Positions 11,722-25,068 of a DNA stretch of 64,000 bases are shown here, piece after piece. This DNA is from Paraspadella gotoi. Lineage: Eukaryota > Animalia > Chaetognatha. Position numbers and translations under genes: made by a program. Each line of letters starts with the position of its first letter. Within the stretch, counting starts at the first letter, position 1. The stretch is taken from NCBI GenBank assembly GCA_051294375.1, contig CM119264.1, positions 25,534,254 to 25,598,253 of the forward strand. Reading direction: 5' to 3'. The notes beneath the pieces are model-generated. The model saw only the letters and a list, made by a program, of their open reading frames with translations, did no database searches and was not told the origin of the DNA.

Positions 11722-13541
11722 CTGTCGGGATGAGGGCCGTGTGGGGGGGGAGAAGGAATTTGTCATTGCGGATTGGGGGGGGGAGAATGCAAGTAGAATA
11801 TATTACGGGATTGTATTTGTCATTGGTGGAAAGGGGAAATGGAAAATATCGTGGTGTGGAAGTGAGGGATGGAGGAGATAGAGAAGAGGGCAATAATTTT
11901 TAAGGGGTTTAAAATGAAAGAAGAATAAATTGTAAATGATGTCCTTTTGGCGTGATGAGATAACAAAGGAAACGTCCTTTGGTCATAAAAGTCATGATAG
12001 GATGTTACGGCAAGAGTGAGTAGGTTAAATAATAAATAAATAATAAATAAATTCTAAGCATTACTGGAAATTAAAAAAATTAGAATATACATGTAAAATT
12101 TAACTACATGAAAGAAAAAATATTGCTCTCTACACTGACAGTAGAATGAGTACGAAAATCAAAGCATTAGAGAGAGAGAATAATAGCAGGATCTCTTACA
12201 AGAAGGGGAAAAATACAAACGAGGAAGATCAGGAGGCAGTTAGGGTTAAAGAACCTCTCCGTTAAGACGCGATGTTACAGTCTCGTAGAAAAAACTATGC
12301 AGTTAAAAAAAAAATTTCAGTCTGAATTTTTCATTTTTATTGTTTCTCATCCGAGGGCATTACTCCCTGAATGGTTATGTAGAAAAATTAATGCAAAATC
12401 TCTTAAAGCTCTCCAAGTGAACTAGTTAAATACATAAATGCTGACAGAATTCAAACTAAAAAGAAGATTGGTTTATTCTTTAACATGTGAACAACATCTC
12501 TTAAAAAAACAATGCAATCGGTATCTCCTCTGTTTAAGCTGTCGTTTTTATCCATCTTCAAACATTTGTCTGTCCATATGTCTGTCTGTCCATGCCTTTC
12601 TCCATACCTTTAAGTCTTATTACTTATTTTGGATGAATCAATTGAGTTGAAATTTTGTCTGTGATTAAAAAACTAGTGTCATTGAGCTGGAATTCAAGTT
12701 TCAATGGAATCAAGCTAGTAGAAGTAGGTTTTAATAGAAAAAGTAAAGATCAATTTTAATTTATTAATTTAATTTGTATTTTTTAATATTATTTTTAGAT
12801 GCGCCGAGATTTAAGAGCCACGCAAGTCTATCAAAAACTTTTTTAATTTTCGTTATATAAGGTCGATTTTTATTTGACCTAAAGCTAACTTCAATTTATA
12901 TTTACTACAGTCCGCGGAAACGCTAGAATGTCATAAATCTGTACATGGGATAACTTTTCCATTTATAGGATAAATGGCTTTAAGGATTATAGGAATCCGA
13001 TGTCTGGCTATTGCCCATTTAAGCAATTTTTTCAAAAAATAATCTTAAACCACTTAAAAATTGGGTCAAAATTTTTAAAAAAACTTGCTTAGCTCTATAT
13101 ATTTTAAATTTTTTTCTTAAAATTTTGCTAACTTGTACTCAAGAGGGTTTTGTAAACTTCTGGTAGAAATATTGTTACTATCAAAAAGTTTTTTTCCATA
13201 TTTATCAAGTGCTAATATTTTAGATGGGTCATTTTTTCAATGATACATAACTTCCTTATTTGTGAATATTATGGTTTAAATTTTAGTAATAGTGTGGGCC
13301 TTGGGTAGTCCTGCAATATATATATTTATTGATAAATCAACCACTTATTTTATATCTGCCAAGTCTATGATCTGGATTGAAAATTAGAGCTCAGGATAAG
13401 TTTTTACCATAGAGTTCATTACTGTTGGTCACTTTGTTGTCCATACAGTTTGCTGACTCTCTTTCTGTCTCTCTCTCTTTCTTCCTTAACCAGTGCCGCA
13501 ATTTCACTTTTCAGTCACATAAAATATCTTTCTTATCTGAC

Positions 13542-13555
13542 GTCTCCATGGTTAC
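13542..13555. promoter_or_regulatory. RFX X-box-like motif in a MAP3K19 intron
   Basis: GTCTCCATGGTTAC (reverse complement GTAACCATGGAGAC) matches the X-box consensus. Confidence 0.4.
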
Positions 13556-14710
13556 GAAAAAAAATATTTGGATACCTCGAACGGCAACCTTGCATCTTAA
13601 ACAACAATCAGAATTCTCTCTCTCACTTTAGCTTTTGCCTCTCTCACTCTTGCCGCTCATCTCTCGTGTCGCTTTCTCTTGTTCTGGCATCAATTTCAGA
13701 ACTTTTGCTCACTTACATTACATTACAAACATACAGTATTATTATAAAGCAATGTTCTAAAAATTAATAGCAAATGATCACAATAACATAAGATAAGAAA
13801 CTGTCCTCCAAATCCCTCTTGAATCTTATGGAAAACATAATAGAAAAAAAAAGAAAAAACGAAAAATTAAAAAAAATACTTTTCAGACCAATGCTTCACG
13901 AAGATATATTTTTGCTAAAAAAATAAGATAACTCCATAAAAATAAAAACATCAGATTGTGACAAAGTCGATTGGGAAAAATCTGATTTTTTCACAAATGC
14001 AAAATTATTCTCAAGTTCCTTATTTATAATCTCCATGAGACAAATGTTTTTTTTCGAAATTTAAATATTCAACTTTTTAATTAATTAAAAATCATTTTAG
14101 TATACTAAATTTTAAAATATTTTTATAAAAATTTATACCTAAAGTTCTAAGAAGATGCTTTTCCCAAAAATGTCTCTTAGATCTTTCTTAAAACGCCAAA
14201 CAAGTCACAGCCCAAAATGAATACAAAAACTAAAAAAAAGCAATATTGTTTTGTCATCTGATTTAAAGATATTGGTTGATTGTATGCTTAAATTTCCTTA
14301 AATGAAAAAAATAATAGGTTTAAAAGATAGCTCTTGATCTCTAGTTTGTAAATTGAGTTTTGAATATAAACTTTTTTTAATCAACAAGTTTAACCCAGAT
14401 TAATTACAATGACGATGGTATGAAATTTTGTCACCGTTTTAAGCTACTTTTAGCCTGATTTTTTACATATTTTGATATCTTTTGCAATCTTACTGATTAA
14501 AAACAGTCATGATAAAAAAAGCCTAGTCCTTTTGAATATAAGGCATATGTTAGTAATCAGACAGAGTAAAAATTTTGGTCACAAGATAAAAGAATTTTGC
14601 ATGAGAAGAGCGTGAATAAATTTTCCCGAGCAGACTTGTGCACCGCGACTTAAAGGAAAATGTAGATTAGGTGAGAGAGAGGTGAAAAATGGAAAAAGAG
14701 CAAAAAAAAG

Positions 14711-14769
<59 letters not shown>

Positions 14770-14897
14770 ATACACAGAAAAAAAAATGGAGCTGTGGTAC
14801 AGTTGGTGTTGAGAAGCAAAAGTCATTGGTGTCAATATTATGGCATTTGCGTGATGGCTGCTCGCGTTTTGAACTGAAAGAAAGGAAAAGTGAGAAA

Positions 14898-14932
<35 letters not shown>

Positions 14933-14978
14933 AGAGATAGAATAGATAGATAGATAGATTAGAGAAAGAGAAAGAGAA

Positions 14979-15025
<47 letters not shown>

Positions 15026-15161
15026 TGAGAGAGAGAGAGGGAGAGATAGAGTGAAAGATAGATAGATAGATAGATATATAGATAGATATATAGATAGATA
15101 GATAGATAGATAGATAGAGAAAAGAGGATAGAGAGGAGAGAGAGAGAGAGAGAGAGAGAGG

Positions 15162-15200
<39 letters not shown>

Positions 15201-15268
15201 AAACGCAGAAGAGAAAAAACGGCAAATGGCCTTCGGTCGACAAAGGCAATGAAAAGGCAGAACCTTTG

Positions 15269-15318
<50 letters not shown>

Positions 15319-15325
15319 AGAGAGA

Positions 15326-15402
<77 letters not shown>

Positions 15403-15441
15403 TAAAAAAAAGATTTGCGGCGTCGGTCAGTCGCATTTCCA

Positions 15442-18400
15442 CTACTTCAGTCTGGTCATGCCACAGACGACGGTTCCGAACGCCCCTTTCCCCAGCACGT
15501 TTCCCGGCGTCCAGGCGAACTTCCTTCCTCCTTCCAATTCCGCCTCCCAAACGCGCAACGCAGAATCCGTGGATGACTTGTTACTCCCATCGCCGGAATC
15601 CTGTTCGGCCGACCGAAAGCTGGCGCTCCGATCGGCGTCGACCTCGAGGCCGCAGGATCCGAGCAGCAGCGATTGCTGCTGCATCTCCTGCAGCTTCCAG
15701 AGGCGCAGCAGCTCGTCGTCGGAGGCGTTGGTTTCGTGAGTCGGGTGAGTTCGCTGAGTGAGGTTTGTCGATTTTTGACTTCGAGTTTCGATTCTTGCTT
15801 TCGTTTTTTCGCCCTCATCTTTTTTTATCTGGAATTCGGTTTTCTTATCTGATTCCTTTCCTCTTTTTTCTTCTTTCCTTTCATCCTCCTTTCTTTCATT
15901 GATTTTTTCTCCTCTTCCTCCTTTTTCTTTTTCTTCATTAAACATTTCCCTCGTCCTTCCCCGCCCTCCTTTCTCTCCCCCAGCGGCGTTTCGTTCCGGA
16001 ACTGAAACCCCCGTTTCTCCGCTCGATTTCCCGCTAATTTCCGACCCGTGACCTTCCAAGTTTGACCCAGGGCCTTCGAAATTTGACCCGCGATTTTCAA
16101 AGTTTGACCTCGGTTCCACCCTGTTTTCATATTCATTCGGTCTCCTCTCTTTTCTTCGGCTTTTTCTCTCCTCCTCTTCCTCTTCCTCCTCCTCCTCCTC
16201 CTCCTCCTCCACCCAAGTGTTTGGTTCCATCCCTTTGACGTTTTTAGCTTTTTCCATCCGCCTAAGACTCTTGTTTATTCCACTCTGTTCTATGTTCGTG
16301 TCTTCGTCGCTGCCGTCGTCGCTATCGTCGTCGTCGTCGTCGCTCACTTCCTCAGCATCGTCTTCCGCCGCCGACGCCGTCGCGAAGAACGCGGAAAATT
16401 GGGGCGGCGCCTCCGACGCCGCTTCTGACGTAATCGCATGTGACTCGGCTTCTGACGTAATATTTTCATCAGGTCGTAAGGTTGCCTCTGACGCAATTCG
16501 TTCCGACGCGGGAGTCTTTGACGCATTTTCGGTATTTAAAGGGCGTAACGTCATCTTCGACGTCGTCTCTGGCATTAAAGATTCCAAACGAAAGTTGGAA
16601 TCGCGTTTGGTAAAAGTTTTGTTAAGAAGAGAAACTTTGATTCCGTTTTCATGATCGCGTCCTTCTAATTTTACTTCTTTTTCTCGTTCGATTATTTGTT
16701 CTCCTCCTTTTCTTTCATTTGAATCGTCGTCTATATTGCTGGCGTTGTTGTCGTCGTCGTCGTCGTCGTCGTCGTCGTTAATCTTCGATGCCATTTCGCT
16801 GATTAGATCCCAATTGACGCCAATCCTCGATTTTTTCAATCGATTTGATATTTTCTCCAAATCCAATTCGATATTCGATTCACTCTGTCTCTCTCCCGCC
16901 TCTCTGTCTCCCTCTCCTCTTTGAATCCAATCTTTTTCTTCCCCCTCCTCCTCCTCCACCACTCCCTTCTCTCTCTCCCTCAACTCAGAAACAATTCGTT
17001 TGAAATTTTTAGCAACGAAGGAAATTTCCTCGGGCCTCTGCCCCTCCTCTTCCTCCTCCTCCTCCTCATCCCCAGCGACCCTCACGGCCCGCAGCCCTTC
17101 CAGCCCCGGGCAGCCCTCTTGGATCGGGAGGTGGAGATGCCATCCGGTTCCACCGATGAAGACCACTTTGGAATAATCGATTTTCGGGAGATCGCAGAAG
17201 GAAAATCGACGTTGGGGATCGAAAGTCTTTCTCGACGACGCCGGTCCGCGATTAGAGCGCCGCTTCGCCGTCTTTTCTCTTTTCCCTCTCCCCGCGGCGA
17301 CGCTGACCCCGGTTTTGCTCTTCGGCGCCGTTTTGGTCTTCCGCAGTCGCTGTTTCCGCATTCGTTCGACAAATGTCTCGGTGTCCTCCTTGAAGGCAGA
17401 ATCGTCGTCCGGCGTCGTTTTTGGCGCCACCAAAATCTCGTCGACGACGAAATCCATGATTCGCGGCGTCGAAACCGGCGCCTTTTCTTTCACGACAACC
17501 TCTTTTTCAGCAGGGGGCGCTTGGATGGCGGGGGGCATGGTGGAAACCGGAATTGGCGCCGCTGAGTTTGAAGGTGGCGCTAGAGTCGACGGAATTGACG
17601 CCGTCTTGTGACGCCAAGTCTTTGAATTTTCCAAATTCTTTCTGTTCTTCGATTTTCTTATTTTCTTTTTGTCTTTGAGCGTTTCGAGTTTGCCGACGGG
17701 TTCGAACGACGCCGATTCAGTGGACGCTGGGACGGAGGCCGGGATCGACGCCGAGACCTCGTGATGCGAAAAAGTGACGCTGATGTTGAACTTTGAGTTG
17801 AGAAAATCGGCGAAACTCGTAGCGTCGATCGTTTTAGGGGGCGAAGGAGGAAGGGAATGAGATCGATGGGTGTGGGGTGAGGGAAGGGGGCTGGAAAGCG
17901 CCTCATTCTCATTTTTATTCTCATTTTCATCGTCGATTTCGTTTTCAAAGTCGATTCGAGTTTTGTTCTCACTTTTTTCAATTTTTCCATACGACGTTTC
18001 CATTGTTTTGGCGACGTCGACGATTCCATTGCAACTTTGATTGTAATTGGATTTGATGTCGTCGTCGTTGTTGTTGTTGTTGTTGTGTTTTTCTTGTTTG
18101 TCTTCGTTGCTAATATTATTAATCAGTTTTGCATTTTCTATTCTTTCCGTGAACGTCTTGTTGCTAATGAGATCGCGATCGGATATTATTTTAGTATTTT
18201 CGGGTAATGAAGAATCTGGTAGAATCGAGACGGACGGAGGCAGCGATGAATCTGGCGATGGCCCTGACTCTGCTTCTTCTTCTGACCAACGAGATTCTTG
18301 TATCAACAAATGAGCCGAAGAAGAATCTTTCACAGGGAAATCACCGGAAATCGGCAATGAATATTTCTGCTCCGGCAATGGAAATGGATCCGGCGATGAG

Positions 18401-20940
18401 GAATCTCTCACGAACTCCGCCGGCGGCGAAATGGGATCAAGCACCGAGAGCGAGGGAAACTTTATCGATGACCCAGAGAAAATTAAAGAAGACTTAGTTG
18501 CCAGAGGCGAAAGATGAGAGGCGGAGTGGGGCCTCCTCGTTGTCGTCCTCCACTTTTTCTTTTTCGCAGTTTTTATCTTTTCTTTCTCTTCACAGATTTC
18601 TTTTCCTTCGCTTGAGAGATCATCTTGTTTCCTTTCGGCCGAATCGACTAATGTCTCTGTTTTGTTTCTGTTTTCTTTTGGTTCATTTTCATTTCTTTCT
18701 TCTTTCTCCATTTCTTCTCCTTCCATTTTAGTCAAAAGACTTTCGTAGCGTCGAAGAATGTTTACTGTGGACGGTCTGGCATCTGTTGTCGTTTTCGTAA
18801 TTGTTGTCAAAATCTGTTTATTGTTTTTCTGTGCCGGCAGCGTCGGCAGCGGCGCGAGCGGCGGTAGGTGATGCGTCGTTTTCTCCTTCGCGCTGCTGGG
18901 TCTTCTTAACGAAGAACCTTCTAGCGGAAGCCGTCCGGTCGAGTTGGTCCGCTCATGTCGTTGATTCGTTGATCTCTCCGTGTAGTCTCCCGACGTCGAC
19001 GGACGAGGAACTGGAGGAGCCCGTCCCGAATATCTTCTAGATTGATTCGGTCCGGAGTCGTCTCCAACAGTCAGTGACAAGTTTATTTTTCGCGATCTCA
19101 CGTTTGGCGATCCAGATCCGATGGGAGAAGCCGATTCTCTATTTTCTCTCTTCGCTAGGCTTTTTTGAGAAAAGGTATCAGTTTGTTTCATCTTCCCTTG
19201 TTTTACCGTCTTCCCTTCTTTCTTGTGTTTCGGCAGTGTTTTTGGTTCTCTGGCTTCATCGTTTTGTTCTGACGTTTCATCGTTTTGTTTCGATATTTCT
19301 TCGCAACTTTTTACGTAACCGACTTCAGTAATTCGTTCCGATGTTATGGATTGAATCGTCTCCTCTTTGTTCGTCTGCAGTCCAGAGATTCCGCCCTCCG
19401 TTCCCCATCTCTCTTCTTTCCTCTCTTCTTCGTCACCCCGCCGTCTCGCTTTCCCTTTGGCCTCAGATTGATTACCCGACCCCGAATCTTTGATCGTCTC
19501 TAGGTCCCGTGATCGAATCTCGTCTGGGTTTGAACTGATTTCGTTTGAACTCCTTGCGAAGCAAATCGGTAAGCGCTCTTCAGTCTTAACGACGAGATTC
19601 AATTTGTTTTCGTTTTGTTCTTTTTGAGATGAAATCGACGGTAGAATCGACGAGCGCGGAGACGAAGACGTCGACGATGGGGACGACTGAGATGATGCTG
19701 CCGCCGACTTTGGCGCCACCGCTTGCAGCGCTCCCTTAGACGAATTCTCTTTTTCGGATAAACGAAATTCTTCGTCACTTTTAACTCCCTCACCGCTCGC
19801 TTTTTCCACGTTACAATTCCCGAGTCGTCCAGCTATCGCATGAGCGTCAGCAAGTTCGTCATTCCAAAGCCGCACTCGTTGCTGCAGCGGCCGCCGAAGT
19901 CGACGGGCAGGGGCGCGTTGCTGCGGCTTCGAATTAGGGGATCGAAGTTGCTGTTGCGACCGCAGTCTTGGCTGCCTGATCTCAACAGGACCATGGTCGA
20001 CGGCTTCGTCTCCGCGGACGTTCTTTTCCTCGCTTGATCTTATCCTCGAACCTCTTCCCGCCGTCTCCAGTTCCCGTTCCCTTTCTTCAATATGTAAATG
20101 AGATTCTGGACTTTTAGTACTGCAATTTCCCTCGCCTCGAACGATCGAATTCTGAACCGAAAGCCGAGACGCGACGCGAGAATGCGAACGATGGTCTCGG
20201 CGATTGCCGGAAGTAATTGCGGTTGCGGATGAGATTCCAGAGGAGGCGTTGGAGAATCGACGAAAAGTTCGAGATGTCCCGACGGGCCAGTTAGCGACTG
20301 CCGGTGTCTGAGGAACAAGTTGGGTGATCCTCAAAAGTTCTGTCTCGGGCGTCGATGTCGACGTCGTTTTACATTTCGACAATTTCGTCGTCGCTTTCGT
20401 CGTCGCTGCTTGTAACTTCGTCGTCATCGGTCCGACATCAGTAATCACTTGACATTTAACCGATTGTTGCCGCGCCTCGCGACCGGAAGTGGTCGCGCGC
20501 GATGCGGATGGGACGCCACGCACCGCGTAACCTGACGCAGCAGAGCGCGTTGCGGATCCAGAAGTTGAGAAACGCTTCGCAGAACCGGAAGTGACGCCGC
20601 GAGACGCGACGAGAAAACGTCGAAGAAATCTTCGCGTCGACGCCGAATGAGATTCGCGTGATGGCGCTGTCGTCGACGAAGAAGGGCGGTAAGGAGGGGC
20701 GTGGCGATTGTAGTGTAAAGCGGGTGGGTAGTGTGGGTAAGGCGTCGAAGTGAGATAAGGAAGAGCAGACGGATGGTAGGGCAGAGACGAGGGATGAGAT
20801 GGAAAGGGATGACAGGGAAGTGAAGGGTAAGCCAACGGGTAAGGTCGTTCAAGAGACGGAAGTGAAGGGTGAGGAGAGCGGAGGGTGAGGCTCCCGTGAA
20901 GAGTCGACGTAGGACTCACTTCCGCTTCGGTGAGCGACAT
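15442..20940 (-). CDS. MAP3K19: Giant first coding exon of a MAP3K19/YSK4-like kinase (1832-codon ORF, low-complexity N-terminus ending in the kinase Gly-loop)
   Basis: The ORF ends in FAWTPGNVLGKGAFGTVVCGMT, similar to WTKGEILGKGAYGTVYCGLT of vertebrate MAP3K19 (from memory). An acceptor ttccag| lies at 20951-20950 and an in-frame TAA sits just upstream of ATG 20940. The donor at the 3' end is not clearly canonical. Confidence 0.85.
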   Translation of the reverse strand: MSLTEAEVSPTSTLHGSLTLRSPHPSLPSLERPYPLAYPSLPCHPFPSHPSSLPYHPSALPYLTSTPYPHYPPALHYNRHAPPYRPSSSTTAPSRESHSASTRRFLRRFLVASRGVTSGSAKRFSTSGSATRSAASGYAVRGVPSASRATTSGREARQQSVKCQVITDVGPMTTKLQAATTKATTKLSKCKTTSTSTPETELLRITQLVPQTPAVANWPVGTSRTFRRFSNASSGISSATAITSGNRRDHRSHSRVASRLSVQNSIVRGEGNCSTKSPESHLHIEERERELETAGRGSRIRSSEEKNVRGDEAVDHGPVEIRQPRLRSQQQLRSPNSKPQQRAPARRLRRPLQQRVRLWNDELADAHAIAGRLGNCNVEKASGEGVKSDEEFRLSEKENSSKGALQAVAPKSAAASSQSSPSSTSSSPRSSILPSISSQKEQNENKLNLVVKTEERLPICFARSSNEISSNPDEIRSRDLETIKDSGSGNQSEAKGKARRRGDEEERKEERWGTEGGISGLQTNKEETIQSITSERITEVGYVKSCEEISKQNDETSEQNDEAREPKTLPKHKKEGKTVKQGKMKQTDTFSQKSLAKRENRESASPIGSGSPNVRSRKINLSLTVGDDSGPNQSRRYSGRAPPVPRPSTSGDYTERSTNQRHERTNSTGRLPLEGSSLRRPSSAKEKTTHHLPPLAPLPTLPAQKNNKQILTTITKTTTDARPSTVNILRRYESLLTKMEGEEMEKEERNENEPKENRNKTETLVDSAERKQDDLSSEGKEICEEKEKIKTAKKKKWRTTTRRPHSASHLSPLATKSSLIFSGSSIKFPSLSVLDPISPPAEFVRDSSSPDPFPLPEQKYSLPISGDFPVKDSSSAHLLIQESRWSEEEAESGPSPDSSLPPSVSILPDSSLPENTKIISDRDLISNKTFTERIENAKLINNISNEDKQEKHNNNNNNDDDIKSNYNQSCNGIVDVAKTMETSYGKIEKSENKTRIDFENEIDDENENKNENEALSSPLPSPHTHRSHSLPPSPPKTIDATSFADFLNSKFNISVTFSHHEVSASIPASVPASTESASFEPVGKLETLKDKKKIRKSKNRKNLENSKTWRHKTASIPSTLAPPSNSAAPIPVSTMPPAIQAPPAEKEVVVKEKAPVSTPRIMDFVVDEILVAPKTTPDDDSAFKEDTETFVERMRKQRLRKTKTAPKSKTGVSVAAGRGKREKTAKRRSNRGPASSRKTFDPQRRFSFCDLPKIDYSKVVFIGGTGWHLHLPIQEGCPGLEGLRAVRVAGDEEEEEEEEGQRPEEISFVAKNFKRIVSELREREKGVVEEEEGEEKDWIQRGEGDREAGERQSESNIELDLEKISNRLKKSRIGVNWDLISEMASKINDDDDDDDDDNNASNIDDDSNERKGGEQIIEREKEVKLEGRDHENGIKVSLLNKTFTKRDSNFRLESLMPETTSKMTLRPLNTENASKTPASERIASEATLRPDENITSEAESHAITSEAASEAPPQFSAFFATASAAEDDAEEVSDDDDDDSDDGSDEDTNIEQSGINKSLRRMEKAKNVKGMEPNTWVEEEEEEEEEEEEEERKSRRKERRPNEYENRVEPRSNFENRGSNFEGPGSNLEGHGSEISGKSSGETGVSVPERNAAGGEKGGRGRTREMFNEEKEKGGRGEKINERKEDERKEEKRGKESDKKTEFQIKKDEGEKTKARIETRSQKSTNLTQRTHPTHETNASDDELLRLWKLQEMQQQSLLLGSCGLEVDADRSASFRSAEQDSGDGSNKSSTDSALRVWEAELEGGRKFAWTPGNVLGKGAFGTVVCGMTRLK

Positions 20941-21029
20941 CTTTTATTTCTGGAAAGAGAAAGAGAATGAGAGGAGTCATTAATGAATTTTAACTCGTAT
21001 GAGGGGGAGAGATAAAGAGCGAGAGAGAT

Positions 21030-21099
<70 letters not shown>

Positions 21100-21404
21100 A
21101 GAGAGAGACAGAGAGACAGAGAGAGAGAGAGAGACCGACATGATTTGCTCGAGTCTACCTGCAGGAGATAAATGAGCTCCCTTCAATGATCTTTGTCGTT
21201 TTATTTGAAAAATCGCGTTCAAATGACTCCATATGGAAGGAAGCATAAAGAGCAGAAAGAAAAAAAAACCCTGGGATGACAATGACGACGACGACGACGA
21301 CGACGACAAAGACGAAGATGCGAGAAGCCAAAGCTCAAAAACCGCTTTGCCTTTGGGAAAGCACCTCGTGGTTTTCTCTCTCTAATCCCAGATTTGCCTT
21401 TTTC

Positions 21405-21529
<125 letters not shown>

Positions 21530-23078
21530 GCCCTCTTTCCCCGGGTTTATTCCAGACGTCTTGAAATTATGAATGCAGATTTAAGGAGTAAAGAACCAGA
21601 GAGGCTCAGGCAGGCGTTCCCTTTTTTTCCCTCTCCAAATAGTAGAATACTTTTCTTTTGTTCGGTATTTTCGTTGTTATGACAGCTCAATTACGTATTT
21701 GCATACAGCGAATTTGGTTCATTTCATAGATAAAAATATATAATTTTTTTTGGAAATTCCCTTTTTTGTAAGAATTTGGAAGAATATTTTTTTTTTAAAT
21801 TTTCATAAAATAAGGTAATTAAAATAATTATATTTAGACTATAAAGTTTAGTGGATATATTTCAGGTAGGGTGGTCCTATATAATTTGTTGATTGAATTA
21901 GTATACATTTTTATGCCCAACTAAGAAACAGCTTCTAAAAATAATGATCACACGATACCTAACATGATAACAAGTACGTAGAACAACTGGTAAAAATAGG
22001 TCGAAACGGCATCGTGTGCCATCAACTTGCCATCAGAAGCCATCAAATTCTCTTCCGCTCGCATCAGACGGATCCACAAATAATGGTGTGAGGGGGTTGA
22101 TTAGAGGTGTGGGATAGTGAGGGTGGGAGTGGAGTTTGAGAGGTTGATTTAAGAGTGGTGACGGCGGTGGTGGTGGTTGTGGTGGTCGTTGTGGTTTAGG
22201 CGGCGAAAGCCTCTCATCGTGCCCCAACGCTCTTTGACTTGTAGATTAGAGTTTCTTTATGAGGGGCGATTTGAGGTGCGAATGAAAACGAGTTAGGGGG
22301 GCAAATGGAGGCGATGAAGGGAGTCAGCTGGGTTAAAGGTGTTCAATAATTAGGTTGAAAAGAAAAATAAAGAATATTAAAGCGAGATATATGTATTTTG
22401 TCTCTAAAGCCTAAGGATAACCAAAGCTTGGCGGCTCATACTGGAAAGTTTAAAAGAGATTAGAACCTTTTAAAGAACTATTTAGAGTTAGAGACCGTGA
22501 AAAAAAAGGAAAGAAAGAGAGAAAGAAAGAAAGAAAGAAGAAAAGAAAGAAAGAAGAAAGAAAGAAAGAAAGAAAGAAAAGAAAGAAAGAGGAGGGAGAG
22601 AGGGATAAAGGGTTGGTCCCCTTTGAACCCTTCTGACGAGCGCGCTAGAAAGGCTTAGCGACCGAAGAGGCGAAATGAGAGCTCAGACTTGGCTTGGGGA
22701 GGGGAAAGTGATTAGGGAGCGGAAGTGAGAGAGGGGAGCGAAAGAGAGAGGGGCGTGGCGAAGAACGTGAAGTCGTGATGGGGGGGCGGAGTTTGGGGGG
22801 GGAGAGTAAAGAGGCTGTTCGCGTCCGAGACTAACAAGTGTTCGGGACTCTGTCCGTCACTCGCTCGACCTTTTTATTCTTATTTTTTTTCTTTTTCTTC
22901 TTTTTTGTCTTTTTCTTTCGTTTCCCTTGTTTTCTTTTTCTCTAGCAATCTTTCTTTCCTTTCCTCCCCTTTTCTTTTCTTGTTTTTTTTCCTTTTAAGT
23001 GAGAGAAATGGGGAATTCGTGCAGAAACTTCAAAGGGGAGAAAAATGGGAAAGAGGAGGAACCTCGAGGAAGGAAAGA

Positions 23079-23179
<101 letters not shown>

Positions 23180-24113
23180 GAGAGTGCGAAAACCCCCGCG
23201 TGGAACGAACGCACCTAGAAACTTCATAGAAGAAAAACGTGATTTCTACCGAGGATAAAATTATAAGAATTAAAATTAATATCTGTCTTACACCGGAAGA
23301 GCGAATACTTTAGAAGTATAATAATAAAAAAACTACTCCAGATAAAACAGGGCTCACAGTTAAAAAAAAGGGTAAATGGACAGAAGGGCAAAACGTCTTC
23401 GTCTGAACACAAAGAAGTCGAATGGTTCTGGGGCCAAAATGACCATTTATTCCCAGAGTCGATTTTCCAAAGCTTTTCTTTTTTTTTTCCTCCAGGCCTC
23501 CTTTTTTTCCTCCGACGCTTCGGCCGTTAAAACCCATTATTTTCTTAAATGGAAAAGCATTTATTGGATTTATTGCTTTTCTCCGCACTTTAATTGATTT
23601 CGCGTCATTCGAAAAAAAAAGGCTAAGTCGTAAAAAGGCGAGAAAAAATATATATATTTTATATATCGCGTCGCGACGAGGGGAGATAGAATTAATTTTT
23701 TTTTCTTTTTGCTAAATCAGAGGGAAAAATTCGTGTAATCGTTTAGAATAAAGTTTTTTTTTTGTCCAAAAAGTAGAAAACAAAGGATTTAGTTGGAGAA
23801 TAAAGCGAAGGCAAACTTTTCATGTCCTCCACGAGGAATTTTCATTTTATGGTCGAATTAGAAATTTAAAACGAATTCCCGAAGGAAATTCAATTTACTT
23901 GAAACCTCTTAGTTCTCGTTGTAGCGGTTCGATTTACTGATGAAGCTTTGTTTATTGTGATTGTTCCTCACGCAAAAGAAGGAAAATTAATTTAAATAAA
24001 AGCGACGAAAATTCGTTGATGATCTGAAAGTAAAAGAAAAATTGGGGAAAAAAAATGTTACGTTTCGTTGACGGTTGTTTTATCAGTTTCCTTTTTTCGA
24101 ATTAACTTTTTTG

Positions 24114-24237
<124 letters not shown>

Positions 24238-25068
24238 CGCATGAGACGAGATTGACTATTAAGGCGTAGTAAAATTCCTAAGTTTAACTTTAATTAAAAT
24301 TCTAAAAGTGAGGAACGAACAACATTATACTTATGAACATTTATGCATAAAAAAAATTTATAATAAATTTTACAATTTACGCAGTAGGCCATATTTATAC
24401 TAGTACTAAACCAATAAATGTTAAAATTTCAAAACAGTTTTTTCTAAGATTTTTTAGCAGATTTGGATTTGTCATAAAAAGTTGATAAAAAGAAATATAA
24501 CTCTTTTTGAAAAATTCCTTCATTAAGTGGGTCAAAAATTAGAAAAAGCTATATTTTAAGCTGAAAATTAATTTTTTTTTACAAATTAATGTTCACTGAT
24601 GGTATGTTGTTCATAATTGACTTTTAGAATTTTCGTATGTAACTTTCACTACGCCTTATTGACTATTTCGATTCCACCCCCAGCTTCGATCGACCGAAGC
24701 GGCGACCCCAACAGGTGTCATGCGGGGGGAGAAGAGGAGGAGGAGGAGGAGGACGACGACGACGACGACGACGACGACGAAATCGTCTTTGTGGATCATC
24801 AAGTAAAACGATGTCTTTCAAGATGCCATTTCCATCGATCGGACCCTGAGCAATGTTTACATATTTACTGTTTACACATGTATACCTATTTATTGTTAGT
24901 TAATCTTTTTTGCATTCATTATTAAAAGAAAATCAACATTATATTTTTCAACTTTACCACGTTAAGAGCAAGACTGAATTAAACAACCTAAATAGTTGAT
25001 TTTTTCGATCATGCCCGTTTTTCTACAATTTCAACAATAACGAAGTAAAGAGTGATAAAGATGACCTC

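Noticed and set aside
16217-20318. Many antisense and alternative-frame ORFs overlapping the 1832-aa ORF
   Set aside because: These are the expected shadows of a long coding exon and show no independent motifs or splice support.
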